61,909 nucleotides of DNA, from IMG/VR virus record IMGVR_UViG_3300049811_000099, positions 1 through 61,909 of that record. One strand, given 5' to 3'. Positions 24,921 to 33,503 of the stretch are shown piece after piece. Position 1 is the stretch's first letter. Every line of letters begins with the position of its first letter. The notes under the pieces were generated by a model, which searched no databases, was not told the DNA's origin, and saw only the letters and a list, made by a program, of their open reading frames with translations. The DNA comes from a virus. The position numbers and the translations under genes were made by a program.

Positions 24921-25210
24921 AGAAGCCGTTCTACGAGAAGACTGAGAAAGAAAGCAATCTTCAGTCCGAGATCATCGAGCACGCGCATCGGCGCGGCTGG
25001 TTCGCGCAAAAGGTCGTGTTTGACGGTCGCCGCGGTTGCCCCGACGTGGTGGCCATTCGCAGAGGTCGGACTGTCTGGATTGAGGTCAAGCGGGAAGGTG
25101 ACGATCTGCGACGTCAACAGGCCCTCGTCGCGCGTGAGATGCGCGAGCACGGTGCAGAGGTCTTCGGCCCAGTGGACAACATTCGTGATGCGATGGAGAT
25201 TCTGAAGTGA
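24917..25210 (+). CDS. VRR-NUC domain nuclease
   Basis: GTG overlaps the polymerase stop (CTGTGA). PDVVAI...VWIEVKREGDDLRRQQ matches the D..ExK VRR-NUC core. Confidence 0.75.
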   Translation: MKKPFYEKTEKESNLQSEIIEHAHRRGWFAQKVVFDGRRGCPDVVAIRRGRTVWIEVKREGDDLRRQQALVAREMREHGAEVFGPVDNIRDAMEILK

Positions 25211-26286
25211 GCAATCTAAGAATCCTGCAAGGCGACTGCCTTGACGAGATGGAATGGATGGCCGATGAGACCGTCCAGTGCTGTGTCACCTCCCCGCCCT
25301 ACTTCGGTCTGCGCGACTACGGGCACGAGGGCCAGATCGGCTTGGAGAAAACGCTGGAAGAGTACGTGCGGAAGATGGTTGAGGTCTTCCGCGAAGTGCG
25401 TCGGATTCTCAAGCCGGATGGAACGCTTTGGTTGAACCTGGGTGACAGCTACGCGGCGAACAAGCGATCAGGCAGCACTAGCGCCGGATTCAATGCTCGC
25501 TATCACGGACAGTCTGAGAAGACCGATAGCAAGCAAGTCTTAGTTCACAAGGACATGAGCAGAGTGTCGATGCAGACCGGACTGCATCAGAAGCAACTTC
25601 TAGGAATGCCCTGGCGAGTCGCTTTTGCCTTGCAGGCCGATGGTTGGTACTTGCGCCAAGACATCATCTGGTGCAAGTCCAATCCAATGCCTGAAAGTGT
25701 CACGGATCGCTGCACCAAATCTCATGAGTACATCTTTCTCATGAGCAAGAGCCCGAAGTATTACTTCGACCATGAGGCGATCAAAGAGCCCGCCGCACCG
25801 AGTTCCTTAGCTCGTTGGGCACAAGACATTGAAGGACAGGCAGGAAGCAATCGAGTTCCGGGCAAAACCAACGGCAACATGAAAGCTGTCGGCGGACCTC
25901 GAAGCAAAAGAGACAGTTTCAAGCGCACGAACAGCAAGCGCGCTCAAGCCATTCCCGGGCAACGTGTTGGCACGCACAGAGAAGACCGCGAAGAAAGTAC
26001 CTACGACACGGCCATGCGCAATCGGCGCAGCGTATGGGATGTGGCAACGCGCCCGTACAAAGAAGCGCACTTCGCAACCTATCCCCCAAAGTTGATTGAA
26101 CCCTGCATCCTCGCGGGTAGCCGCCCGGGTGATGTTGTATTCGATCCGTTCGGCGGCAGCGGCACGACTGCGGCTGTCGCCTTGCTGCACGGCAGGCGTG
26201 CCATCACCTGCGAGTTGAATCCTGAATACATCAAACTCATCAAGCAGCGCACGAGCGCCGCAATGATTGAGTACGAAGAACTATGA
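25207..26286 (+). CDS. DNA methyltransferase (beta-class N6-adenine or N4-cytosine)
   Basis: Motif IV SPPYFGLRDY lies near the N-terminus and AdoMet motif I FDPFGGSGTTAAVA near the C-terminus. Confidence 0.85.
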   Translation: MSNLRILQGDCLDEMEWMADETVQCCVTSPPYFGLRDYGHEGQIGLEKTLEEYVRKMVEVFREVRRILKPDGTLWLNLGDSYAANKRSGSTSAGFNARYHGQSEKTDSKQVLVHKDMSRVSMQTGLHQKQLLGMPWRVAFALQADGWYLRQDIIWCKSNPMPESVTDRCTKSHEYIFLMSKSPKYYFDHEAIKEPAAPSSLARWAQDIEGQAGSNRVPGKTNGNMKAVGGPRSKRDSFKRTNSKRAQAIPGQRVGTHREDREESTYDTAMRNRRSVWDVATRPYKEAHFATYPPKLIEPCILAGSRPGDVVFDPFGGSGTTAAVALLHGRRAITCELNPEYIKLIKQRTSAAMIEYEEL

Positions 26287-27875
26287 CCGACATCTTCGAC
26301 TCCCGCATCGCCGCCAAGTTCGAGCTTGTGCAGCACGAGCGCGAGCAGATGCACGCCTACCAGCACGAGGTCGTTCAGTTCGCTCTGACGCACCCGTTCT
26401 GCATGCTGATGATCGACATGGGACTGGGCAAGACGGTCTCGTCGCTCACCGTCATTGGTGATCTGATCTCGTCGTTCCAGGTCGAGAAGGTGCTCGTGAT
26501 CGGGCCGCTGAAGGTCGTGACCGACACGTGGCCGAACGAGATCGCTGCATGGCGCCACACAGCCTGGATGAACTACACGCTGCTGCGTGAGAGCGACGAC
26601 GATCCGCGCCTTGCTGATGCTCGACGCCGTGCTCGTGAGTTCGGCCGTTCCGAAGGGCTCGGCCCAAGGGACGTGCAGGCTATGGTCACTCGTGCAGAGA
26701 CCGCAGAGCGCGAGAAGATCAGGCGCCAACTGGCGAAGAGCCCGGCATCGGTCCACATCATCAACCGTGAGAATCTCGAATGGTTAGTGAATCTGCATGG
26801 TCCGAAGTGGCCTTACCGATTCGTCATTATTGATGAATCGTCGGCTTTTAAGGACTACACATCCCATCGCTTCAAGGCACTTGCGAAGGTCCGCAACACC
26901 CCTGGACTGATCCAGCGGCTGATCTGCATGACCGCTACACCGGCAGCAGAGACATACGAACACTTGTTCGCTCAGTTCTATTTGCTTGACCGCGGCGAAC
27001 GGCTCGGCAAGGACATTGGGTGGTATCGGGACCGCTACTTCACGCACAACAAGTACAAGCGTAAGTACGTGCTGCGCCCGCAGGCCGAAGAAGAGATTCT
27101 CGAAAAGATCGCAGACATCTCTCTGGTCATGAAGGCCAAAGACTACTTGCCTCGTAACGAACCGACAGTCATTCGGCGCAACGTCAAGCTCAGTGCAGAG
27201 CAGCGCCAGATGATTAAGTCTTTTGAGAAGGAGTTCGTGCTTACGCTGACGGACGGCACTGAGATCGAGGCCAAGACAGCGGCAATGCTGTCTTCGATGT
27301 TGCTTCAACTTGCGTCAGGTGCGGTCTACGAAACGAAGTATGTTGGGGACTATGAGACCGAAGACCTAAAGAAGGTCAAGAAAGTTCATCACGTTCACGA
27401 CCACAAGATCGACACGCTGCGCGAGATATTCGAGGAAGCACAAACGCAGGGCGAGAACATCCTTGTTGCCTACTACTGGCAGTCGAGCCTTGCCCGACTT
27501 ACCAAGGCATTCCCCAAGGCTGTCGTGATGGACCGCGAAGCCAAGTGCTCGAAGGCTTGGAACGCCGGCAAGATCCCGATGCTCTTGATCCATCCGCAGA
27601 GCGCCGGTCACGGGCTGAACTTACAGAAGGGCGGGCACATTCTCGTCTTCTTCGACCTGATCTACTCGCTGGAGTATTACCTGCAGACCATCGGCCGCAT
27701 TGACCGCCAGGGGCAGACTGAGCCGGTCATCGTGGAACTCCTGGTGGCCGAAGGCACGCGCGATGTTCTGGTGGCTGACGCCAACCTCGCAAAGCAGGAT
27801 GCACAGGAGAAGTTGTTCACCATACTCAAGCGATTGATTAGAAAACTGCGTGGGCAGGAGGGCTATCGAGACTAA
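26283..27875 (+). CDS. SNF2/SF2 family helicase
   Basis: Motif I DMGLGKT, motif II IIDESSAFK and motif VI QTIGRIDRQGQ. ATGA overlap with the methyltransferase. Confidence 0.85.
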   Translation: MTDIFDSRIAAKFELVQHEREQMHAYQHEVVQFALTHPFCMLMIDMGLGKTVSSLTVIGDLISSFQVEKVLVIGPLKVVTDTWPNEIAAWRHTAWMNYTLLRESDDDPRLADARRRAREFGRSEGLGPRDVQAMVTRAETAEREKIRRQLAKSPASVHIINRENLEWLVNLHGPKWPYRFVIIDESSAFKDYTSHRFKALAKVRNTPGLIQRLICMTATPAAETYEHLFAQFYLLDRGERLGKDIGWYRDRYFTHNKYKRKYVLRPQAEEEILEKIADISLVMKAKDYLPRNEPTVIRRNVKLSAEQRQMIKSFEKEFVLTLTDGTEIEAKTAAMLSSMLLQLASGAVYETKYVGDYETEDLKKVKKVHHVHDHKIDTLREIFEEAQTQGENILVAYYWQSSLARLTKAFPKAVVMDREAKCSKAWNAGKIPMLLIHPQSAGHGLNLQKGGHILVFFDLIYSLEYYLQTIGRIDRQGQTEPVIVELLVAEGTRDVLVADANLAKQDAQEKLFTILKRLIRKLRGQEGYRD

Positions 27876-27932
27876 ATCTCTATCTTCCGACCGCTTTGTG
27901 ACATTCCACCCGATGTTGAAACATGCTACCTT

Positions 27933-28646
27933 GTGGTCGTCGCCAACGCTCAGTGGAGCAGAAAGGTGGGTTCAACTGCAGAGTTCCGCAAGGCGTTCGT
28001 TGCAAGGCTAAAAGAAGCCTGTGACGCATCGAAACTAGTGCCCCCTCCGCACAAGGGGCGCCAGCAGTACATCTCCCAGCAACTCGGCGTCGCGCCCGAG
28101 GCTGTGAGTAAGTGGTTCAAGGGCGTGGCCATGCCGCGACCCGACAAGATCGAGCGACTCGCGGAGTTGCTGCAGATCGAACAAACGTGGCTGTCGTTCG
28201 GCATCTCTCCCGAGATGGACCGACAGGAGCGCAAAGCCCATGCCCGCGACGTGGACGGCGCGGTTCATCTCGTTATGGGCAAGTGCATGCTCAGTGGCGG
28301 CATCTGCGGCTACCCCGGACCTCGTGATCCTAGGGCTGCCTACGTGGACTTCTACGCCACGATCAGGGGCTCGGTCTACGCCGTACACGTCTGCCTCGGC
28401 CGAGAGGTCTCACGGGACCGCTACGAACTTCAGGTTCCACGTGAATACGAGGATGTGAACTGTGTCGGCGTCATCCCGAAGACCCCGGGCAAGTACGACC
28501 AGCTTGATCTCCCCGTTCATCTGATTGCAGAGCATCGCACCAAGAAGGGCGTGGGTTACGTCATCACGATAGACCGCAGCGACGCTTCCAAGTACACGAC
28601 CGGCAGCGCCGCGTGGCCGCGCATCCGCTTTTTCGGAGACAGGTGA
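27933..28646 (+). CDS. XRE-type HTH repressor-like protein with an uncharacterised C-terminal domain
   Basis: QQYISQQLGVAPEAVSKWFKG is an HTH. It sits beside the Xis-like gene and integrase. No S24 peptidase motif seen. The start (GTG 27933) is uncertain. Confidence 0.55.
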   Translation: MVVANAQWSRKVGSTAEFRKAFVARLKEACDASKLVPPPHKGRQQYISQQLGVAPEAVSKWFKGVAMPRPDKIERLAELLQIEQTWLSFGISPEMDRQERKAHARDVDGAVHLVMGKCMLSGGICGYPGPRDPRAAYVDFYATIRGSVYAVHVCLGREVSRDRYELQVPREYEDVNCVGVIPKTPGKYDQLDLPVHLIAEHRTKKGVGYVITIDRSDASKYTTGSAAWPRIRFFGDR

Positions 28647-28870
28647 TGGACAACAAGCCCTGGATCAACGTGCAGGACGTGTGCTCAATGTATGGAGTCA
28701 GTTACGGCACCGCAAAGAACCAGATTGCGGCCGGAACTTTCCCTGTGATGACGTACAAGGTCGGCAAGAAGCACGTCATTGATCGAGTGGTTCACGAGGA
28801 ATACTTCAGGCTCAAGAGGGCGCAAGGTCTTGCGGCCCTACAGTCCACATCGAGTGGACGAGGGTGCTAA
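28646..28870 (+). CDS. Excisionase / PrtN-like HTH DNA-binding protein
   Basis: TGATG overlap. INVQDVCSMYGVSYGTAKNQIAAGTFPV matches the PrtN/Xis-type HTH pattern. Convergent with the integrase. Confidence 0.55.
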   Translation: MDNKPWINVQDVCSMYGVSYGTAKNQIAAGTFPVMTYKVGKKHVIDRVVHEEYFRLKRAQGLAALQSTSSGRGC

Positions 28871-28942
28871 AGTGCTTCCTCGGGGGTCTTTGGCGCCACC
28901 CCGGCGCAGGCCCCGCGAGTGCGTCGGTCGATCTCCCCGATG

Positions 28943-29983
28943 TCACGCATCTTGCGGGGCCTTCTTTTTCGCCAGCGTGCGGAGATGCTGCTCCCGCTGG
29001 ACGAGGCTTTCGGGCCGTAGGTGCGTGTAGCGAGCCAGCGTGCGCCAGTTGGTGTGCCCGGACACCATCGCAACCTCCTGGATCGCGAAGCCCAACTCGA
29101 ACAAGCGGCTGATGCCCTCGTGTCGAAGGTCGTGCAGCACCACGTCTTGCACGCCTGCCCGGTCTGCGGCTTGCCTGAAGTTGCGGCTCATGTTGATCGG
29201 GTGGTGCGGGAAGATCCGATCCGCCCTGCGAGGTTGCTGCACCAGCACATCGAATGATCCGTTGAGCAGGGGCACGACACAGTGGTTGCCGAACTTCTTC
29301 CGCGGGTGCTTGCGGTCGCGGATCACCACTGTCCGCTTGGCCTCGTCGAAGTCAGCCCAGGTGATGCGCGTCACCTCACCGATCCGCATGCACGAACGAA
29401 GGCAGAAGTCGATCAGGTCGCTCATCCTTACGGTCAACTGCTTGTGCAGCGCAGCCTTGATCTGAGCGATCTCTTCGTCGCTCACCCTGCGGTTGCGCTG
29501 CCCGGCTGCCTCGATGTAGCCGAGTTCCTTCATTCGCCTGCGGCAGCGATCCATGTCATCCCAAGGGATGCGGATGTCGAAGTGCTGCTCGGCTTGCCTG
29601 AGCACGCCGTAGAGACGGCACAGGTGCCAGTTCCTCGTGGACGCCGACACGTCAGCGTTGTCGAGCACCCACTTGGTCAGACCGTTGCCGGTGAGGTCCG
29701 CGATGGTCAGGTTCTTCAGCCTGCGCCTGAAGGTCGGAACGTCGTGCTTGACGTGACTGTCGGCCATTCGCCGCTTCGGGGCGATCTCGTTGAGATAGCG
29801 GCCGACCACCTCATCAAGCAGAAGAGCAGGGTGGTTGAGCCTGCGCTGCTTGAGTTCCCGCTCCCGCTCTGCGGACCAGTCCCGAGCTTCCCGCTTGGTG
29901 TCGAACGACTTGCTCTCGGGCTCGAACCCCTTGAGCCGCACAAGGCCCCTGTACCTATCCCCACGCTTGACGACGCTTGGCAC
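28943..29983 (-). CDS. int: Tyrosine recombinase (phage integrase)
   Basis: HDLRHEGISRLF and GHTNWRTLARYTH (R..HxxR..Y catalytic set). Start preferred at GTG 29983 (VPSVVKRGDRYRGLVRLKG, a typical integrase N-terminus). ORF-track start 30079 would read through repeat motifs. Confidence 0.85.
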   Translation of the reverse strand: MPSVVKRGDRYRGLVRLKGFEPESKSFDTKREARDWSAERERELKQRRLNHPALLLDEVVGRYLNEIAPKRRMADSHVKHDVPTFRRRLKNLTIADLTGNGLTKWVLDNADVSASTRNWHLCRLYGVLRQAEQHFDIRIPWDDMDRCRRRMKELGYIEAAGQRNRRVSDEEIAQIKAALHKQLTVRMSDLIDFCLRSCMRIGEVTRITWADFDEAKRTVVIRDRKHPRKKFGNHCVVPLLNGSFDVLVQQPRRADRIFPHHPINMSRNFRQAADRAGVQDVVLHDLRHEGISRLFELGFAIQEVAMVSGHTNWRTLARYTHLRPESLVQREQHLRTLAKKKAPQDA

Positions 29984-30364
29984 GTCAATCTCCGAATGAC
30001 GACTGAATGCCAAATTAGCACGTGGCGTAGAAGTGGTGTAGTGCGATTCGTGAGGCTCAGAAATACATCGACATTTCAATCACTTGCGAATGTCGGTGCG
30101 TGACGTAAAGTGGTGTAGCAGCGGAAGTCGATGGTGAATGAAATCAGACACTTACAGCGTCAGAAGTCACTTTGCAGTGGCATGACCGAATCGTTGTGAC
30201 GCGAATATGAGACACCGTTTGCTGAATGAAATCAGTCACTTACTGAAGTCATTCGCCTAAGTGGTGTAGTTTTGGTGTAGTGCGAAGAGCACTTCAGACC
30301 ACGAAAGTTCAAGCATCCACCACTTGTGTAATCTTGCCCAATCGCTAGGCAAGAGGACTAAGGG

Positions 30365-30997
30365 ATGGTTCGCAAGAAGAAGCCCGACCCGCTGTCGGAG
30401 ACCTTCGTCGAGAAGATGCAACTCGTTTACGACGAGTCAGATCGCGGAGCAGTGGTCGTAGGGGCCTGCCTCGTTGAAGAACACCTCGACTCGATCCTCT
30501 GGACGACCTTCGGCCACCAAGGCATTCCCAAGAAGGTGATCGAGTCAATGTTCGATCTTGCCGGGCCGCTTGGCACGTTTGCGGCCAAGGCAAAGACGGC
30601 CTACGCCTTCGGGTTGATCTCGAAGGAAACCTACGAGGACATCGAGCGGATTCGAGCCTTGCGCAACGATGCGGCGCACACAGGGACAGGCTTCACGCTG
30701 TCAGGCGCCAAGCGGAAGGCGAAGATCATGGCCTTGCGCCATGCAGTCCAGTACGACGACGAAAGTGAGAGCGACGCAGCGATGGTCGCTCACGAGAAGT
30801 ACGTGTGGGGTCTCTGCGTCGGCGCTACCTGCATCGACATCTTCAGAGACTTCGACAAGTACAACAGCAAGCAGTTGAAGATCGCAAAGGTCGAGTACCA
30901 AGAACTCTTGATGCGATCCCCGGCCTTCAAGCACGGACTGCTGTCGGGGATGCTGAAGACGCCGGCCGGGAGGTTGAAGGGGCTGTTGGACCCCTAG
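30365..30997 (+). CDS. MtlR-like (mannitol-repressor fold) protein, accessory cargo
   Basis: GPLGTFAAKAKTAYAFGLISKETYEDIERIRALRNDAAH parallels E. coli MtlR GPLGDLSVRLKLIYGLGVINRQEYEDAELLMALREELNH as I remember it. Confidence 0.55.
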   Translation: MVRKKKPDPLSETFVEKMQLVYDESDRGAVVVGACLVEEHLDSILWTTFGHQGIPKKVIESMFDLAGPLGTFAAKAKTAYAFGLISKETYEDIERIRALRNDAAHTGTGFTLSGAKRKAKIMALRHAVQYDDESESDAAMVAHEKYVWGLCVGATCIDIFRDFDKYNSKQLKIAKVEYQELLMRSPAFKHGLLSGMLKTPAGRLKGLLDP

Positions 30998-31587
30998 AGT
31001 TCGCAGTAGTGTTCGTGAAGCCTTCGGTCAAGGTACTTCACGAACTTGAGTTTCCCGAAGTGGCCTTCAAGGGTGTAGCCGAGAGCCAGCATTTGCGCCT
31101 TCGTCCGCGTCTTTGTTGCCAGCGTAGCTACCTGCCTGCCCGTGGTTGGGTCGATCCATCTCGGGGTGACGCTCGACTTACCCATGTATGTCCATCCGGC
31201 CGCGCGATAGACATGCCCGGTGTGCCCTTGCGATTGATCTGCGTAGGTCACTAGTGAGTTGAAACGTCCGTCCTTGCGGATCAAGTCTGTACTGCGCGCC
31301 AACAGGAATGAGCAAGCGTTCTTCGGTACGCCTGGAACTACGACCATGCGGGACAGCGAAAGAACTCGCTTCCATTCGAGTCTGTTGACCGACATGCACG
31401 CGGGCTTCGTTGGTGGCAACCACCACGCAACACCGTAGAGACCACCGAGGTCGTCATACAGCCCGTGCGTGAACACACGGGTATGGCTCGCTCCGCGAGC
31501 GTAGTGGTACTTCTCGACGAGTTCCTTTGCCTGTGCGATTGGAACATCCTCGACGAACCACTCCGACTTCCTAAACTTTGGCGACAT
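30994..31587 (-). CDS. GNAT-fold, Mom-like DNA modification acyltransferase (tentative)
   Basis: The pattern KYHY..G...LYGVAWW.PP...LSLSRMVV.P..PKNACSFLL...LVTYADQSQGHTGHVYRAAGWTY resembles the family NCBI names Mom adenine methylcarbamoylation protein. The start is ambiguous (31587, 31626 or 31665). Confidence 0.45.
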   Translation of the reverse strand: MSPKFRKSEWFVEDVPIAQAKELVEKYHYARGASHTRVFTHGLYDDLGGLYGVAWWLPPTKPACMSVNRLEWKRVLSLSRMVVVPGVPKNACSFLLARSTDLIRKDGRFNSLVTYADQSQGHTGHVYRAAGWTYMGKSSVTPRWIDPTTGRQVATLATKTRTKAQMLALGYTLEGHFGKLKFVKYLDRRLHEHYCEL

Positions 31588-31780
31588 TGACTCCGTCGCT
31601 TTCTGCGCCTGCTGCCGCCCCATCATCAAGCTGTGGAAGTTCGCTGAAGGGTTCATCGGGCGCATCGCTTAGGACTGCCAGTGGCACCCTAAGCGTCCAA
31701 GGATCGACGCCGTTTGACTGGGCAGCGGCCACCGCGATCCGAAGTGCCTTCAGCAGCCGCCTCTTGTCGTAGTTGGTCAC
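31571..31780 (-). CDS. Hypothetical protein (69 aa) between the RHH regulator and the Mom-like gene
   Basis: The GTG lies immediately after the RHH stop (AAGGAGTGAGTG). Its 3' end overlaps the Mom-like start region, reminiscent of com-mom. Confidence 0.45.
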   Translation of the reverse strand: MTNYDKRRLLKALRIAVAAAQSNGVDPWTLRVPLAVLSDAPDEPFSELPQLDDGAAAGAESDGVNVAKV

Positions 31781-31987
31781 TCACTCCTTCTCTTTCTGCG
31801 GCCACCTTGGGCGCCGCTTACCTGTGAACCTCGGCTTGTTCGCAAGCTCGCGTCGAAGCCACTCGTCGCCACCCCGTTCCTCGTAGGCCGTCTTCTCGGC
31901 CTTCGTCGCCCGCATGCGGATCACCTCGCTACGCACCTCTTTAGGTGGCAGCGGTGGTCGTCCGCCCTTGGGCTTAGGAGTGGTCAT
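31781..31987 (-). CDS. Small RHH/MobC-like DNA-binding regulator, copy 1 (68 aa)
   Basis: GGRPPL...VIRMRATKAEKTAYEERGG..WLRREL matches the ribbon-helix-helix pattern. It differs from copy 2 at 2 residues. Confidence 0.6.
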   Translation of the reverse strand: MTTPKPKGGRPPLPPKEVRSEVIRMRATKAEKTAYEERGGDEWLRRELANKPRFTGKRRPRWPQKEKE

Positions 31988-31993
31988 GGCCCG

Positions 31994-32021
31994 ACTGTAG
32001 CAGGTTTTTGTGCTACGTAAA
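31994..32021 (-). promoter_or_regulatory. Promoter TTTACG-16-TACAGT ending 6 nt before the RHH ATG (leaderless-type)
   Basis: Minus strand: -35 at 32016-32021 and -10 at 31994-31999. ATG at 31987. No SD is possible. Confidence 0.55.
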
Positions 32022-32424
32022 GTGCCCCTCGGTGGTGGAAGGGCGTCCAAGATGTGATGAACCAGTTCACCGTGGTGTAGTTCTGGTGTAGACCGCTCTT
32101 CGAGCGTCTAAAGGGTCGTTTGGAATCAACGACTTAGCTGTGGCGGAACGTGTGGCAACGTGACGAAGAATGTTGCGATTTTCTGAGGGAAATCGCCTAT
32201 AGATCAATGCACTAGGGCGCTTATCCACAGGAGTACGAGGTTTTGACCGAGTTGTTGTGTCGTGCAAATGAGACGCTTTATTCGCTTTGAAATCATCTAC
32301 TTAGCGTTTCGGCGGGCTTCGCTGGTGTAGTTTTGGTGTAGCTCGACAATCACTTTCGGCCACGGAAGTTCACGAATCAACAGGATGGGGAATCCTGCTC
32401 AATCGGTAGGCGGGACTACGAGGA

Positions 32425-33243
32425 TCAGAGTTCGTCGGCGTCGGCCACGCGCGAGCAAGCAACCTCGAAGTAGTTCGGTTCACGCTCAATGCCAATGAAG
32501 CGCCGGCCGGTGTTGATGCAGGCCACGCCTGTCGTACCGCTTCCCATCGTGTTGTCAAGCACGACCTGACCGCGCTCGGTGTACGTGCGAATCAGGTACT
32601 CCATGAGAGCGACGGGCTTCGCAGTCTGGTGCCAGTTCTTGTTCTCGGTCGAGAACTCAAGAATCGAATGTGGGTAGCCGGTCTTGTCTTGAACGTAGTC
32701 GCCATGCGACTTGCGCTCTGAGAAGAACGTGTCGAGTGGATTTACTCGCCGGCTCTTCTTCATCAGTTTCGGCGCCATCTCTTGCACGCCCTGCGGGAAG
32801 TAGGGCATCCGCTTGTCCGACTGCGTGGCGTGAACTGTCGTACCTTCGCTGAAGACCAGCACGTTTTCGTGCTTCTTCATGGGCTTGTTCTTGGCGTGCG
32901 CGAAGTTGGTCGGACGGTTCTTCATCCAGATCCATTCGTACTTTAGCCATTCGAGATTACTGGCCGCAAGCGTCGTGGTGAATGGCTGACTCGCGGTTAG
33001 CACGATGGCTCGATAGGGCTTGAGCACGCGCTTGTACTCGCTCCACAAAGCCTTCAGATCAATCAGGCTGTCCCAAGCACACGCCGTCGTCCCGTAGGGG
33101 AGGTCACACAGCACCATGTCCACGGACCCCGTGGGCAAGTGCTTCATCGCCTCAAGGCATTCAGCCTGGATGAGCGTCGCCCATCCGATTTGTTGAGCCC
33201 GGAACTTGTTGTCGAGGCCAGAGAACCGTTCGTAGAGCTTCAC
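32425..33243 (-). CDS. DNA methyltransferase (beta-class, DPPY-type), second copy in the genome
   Basis: Motif IV CDLPYG near the N-terminus and motif I LDNTMGSGTTGVAC near the C-terminus. GTG start directly after the RHH copy 2 stop. Confidence 0.85.
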   Translation of the reverse strand: MKLYERFSGLDNKFRAQQIGWATLIQAECLEAMKHLPTGSVDMVLCDLPYGTTACAWDSLIDLKALWSEYKRVLKPYRAIVLTASQPFTTTLAASNLEWLKYEWIWMKNRPTNFAHAKNKPMKKHENVLVFSEGTTVHATQSDKRMPYFPQGVQEMAPKLMKKSRRVNPLDTFFSERKSHGDYVQDKTGYPHSILEFSTENKNWHQTAKPVALMEYLIRTYTERGQVVLDNTMGSGTTGVACINTGRRFIGIEREPNYFEVACSRVADADEL

Positions 33244-33450
33244 TCACTCCTTCTCTTTCTGCGGCCACCTTGGGCGCCGCTTACCTGTGAACCTCGGCTT
33301 GTTCGCAAGCTCGCGTCGAAGCCACTCGTCGCCACCCCTCTCGTCGTAGGCCGTCTTCTCGGCCTTCGTTGCCCGCATGCGGATCACCTCGCTGCGCACC
33401 TCTTCAGGTGGCAGCGGTGGTCGTCCGCCTTTGGGCTTAGGAGTGGTCAT
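33244..33450 (-). CDS. Small RHH/MobC-like DNA-binding regulator, copy 2 (68 aa)
   Basis: Near-identical to 31781..31987 at DNA and protein level (K16E and E36D only). Confidence 0.6.
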   Translation of the reverse strand: MTTPKPKGGRPPLPPEEVRSEVIRMRATKAEKTAYDERGGDEWLRRELANKPRFTGKRRPRWPQKEKE

Positions 33451-33456
33451 GCGCCG

Positions 33457-33484
33457 ACTGTAGCAGGTTTGTGTGCTACGTAAA
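33457..33484 (-). promoter_or_regulatory. Promoter TTTACG-16-TACAGT (leaderless-type), duplicate of 31994..32021
   Basis: Minus strand: -35 at 33479-33484 and -10 at 33457-33462. ATG at 33450. Confidence 0.55.
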
Positions 33485-33490
33485 GTGCCG

Positions 33491-33503
33491 CCCCCCCCCC
33501 CCC
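33491..33503. repeat. Homopolymer C13 (G13 on the coding strand of the RHH gene) 6 nt upstream of the -35
   Basis: Counted directly. The paralogous position in copy 1 reads cccctc instead. Confidence 0.9.

Noticed and set aside
30080-30364. Attempt to identify the attP core (for example a tRNA 3'-end fragment) next to the integrase.
   Set aside because: I could not recognise any tRNA-like 3' segment or a unique core by eye. The region is dominated by the GGTGTAG and GAATCA repeat family, so no att site is called.
2742-30997. Two convergent gene pairs (2742-2745 and 30994-30997) share a palindromic CTAG that serves as the stop codon on both strands.
   Set aside because: The observation is real, but two occurrences of a 4-bp palindrome at compact convergent ends can easily arise by chance. 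There is no evidence of function.
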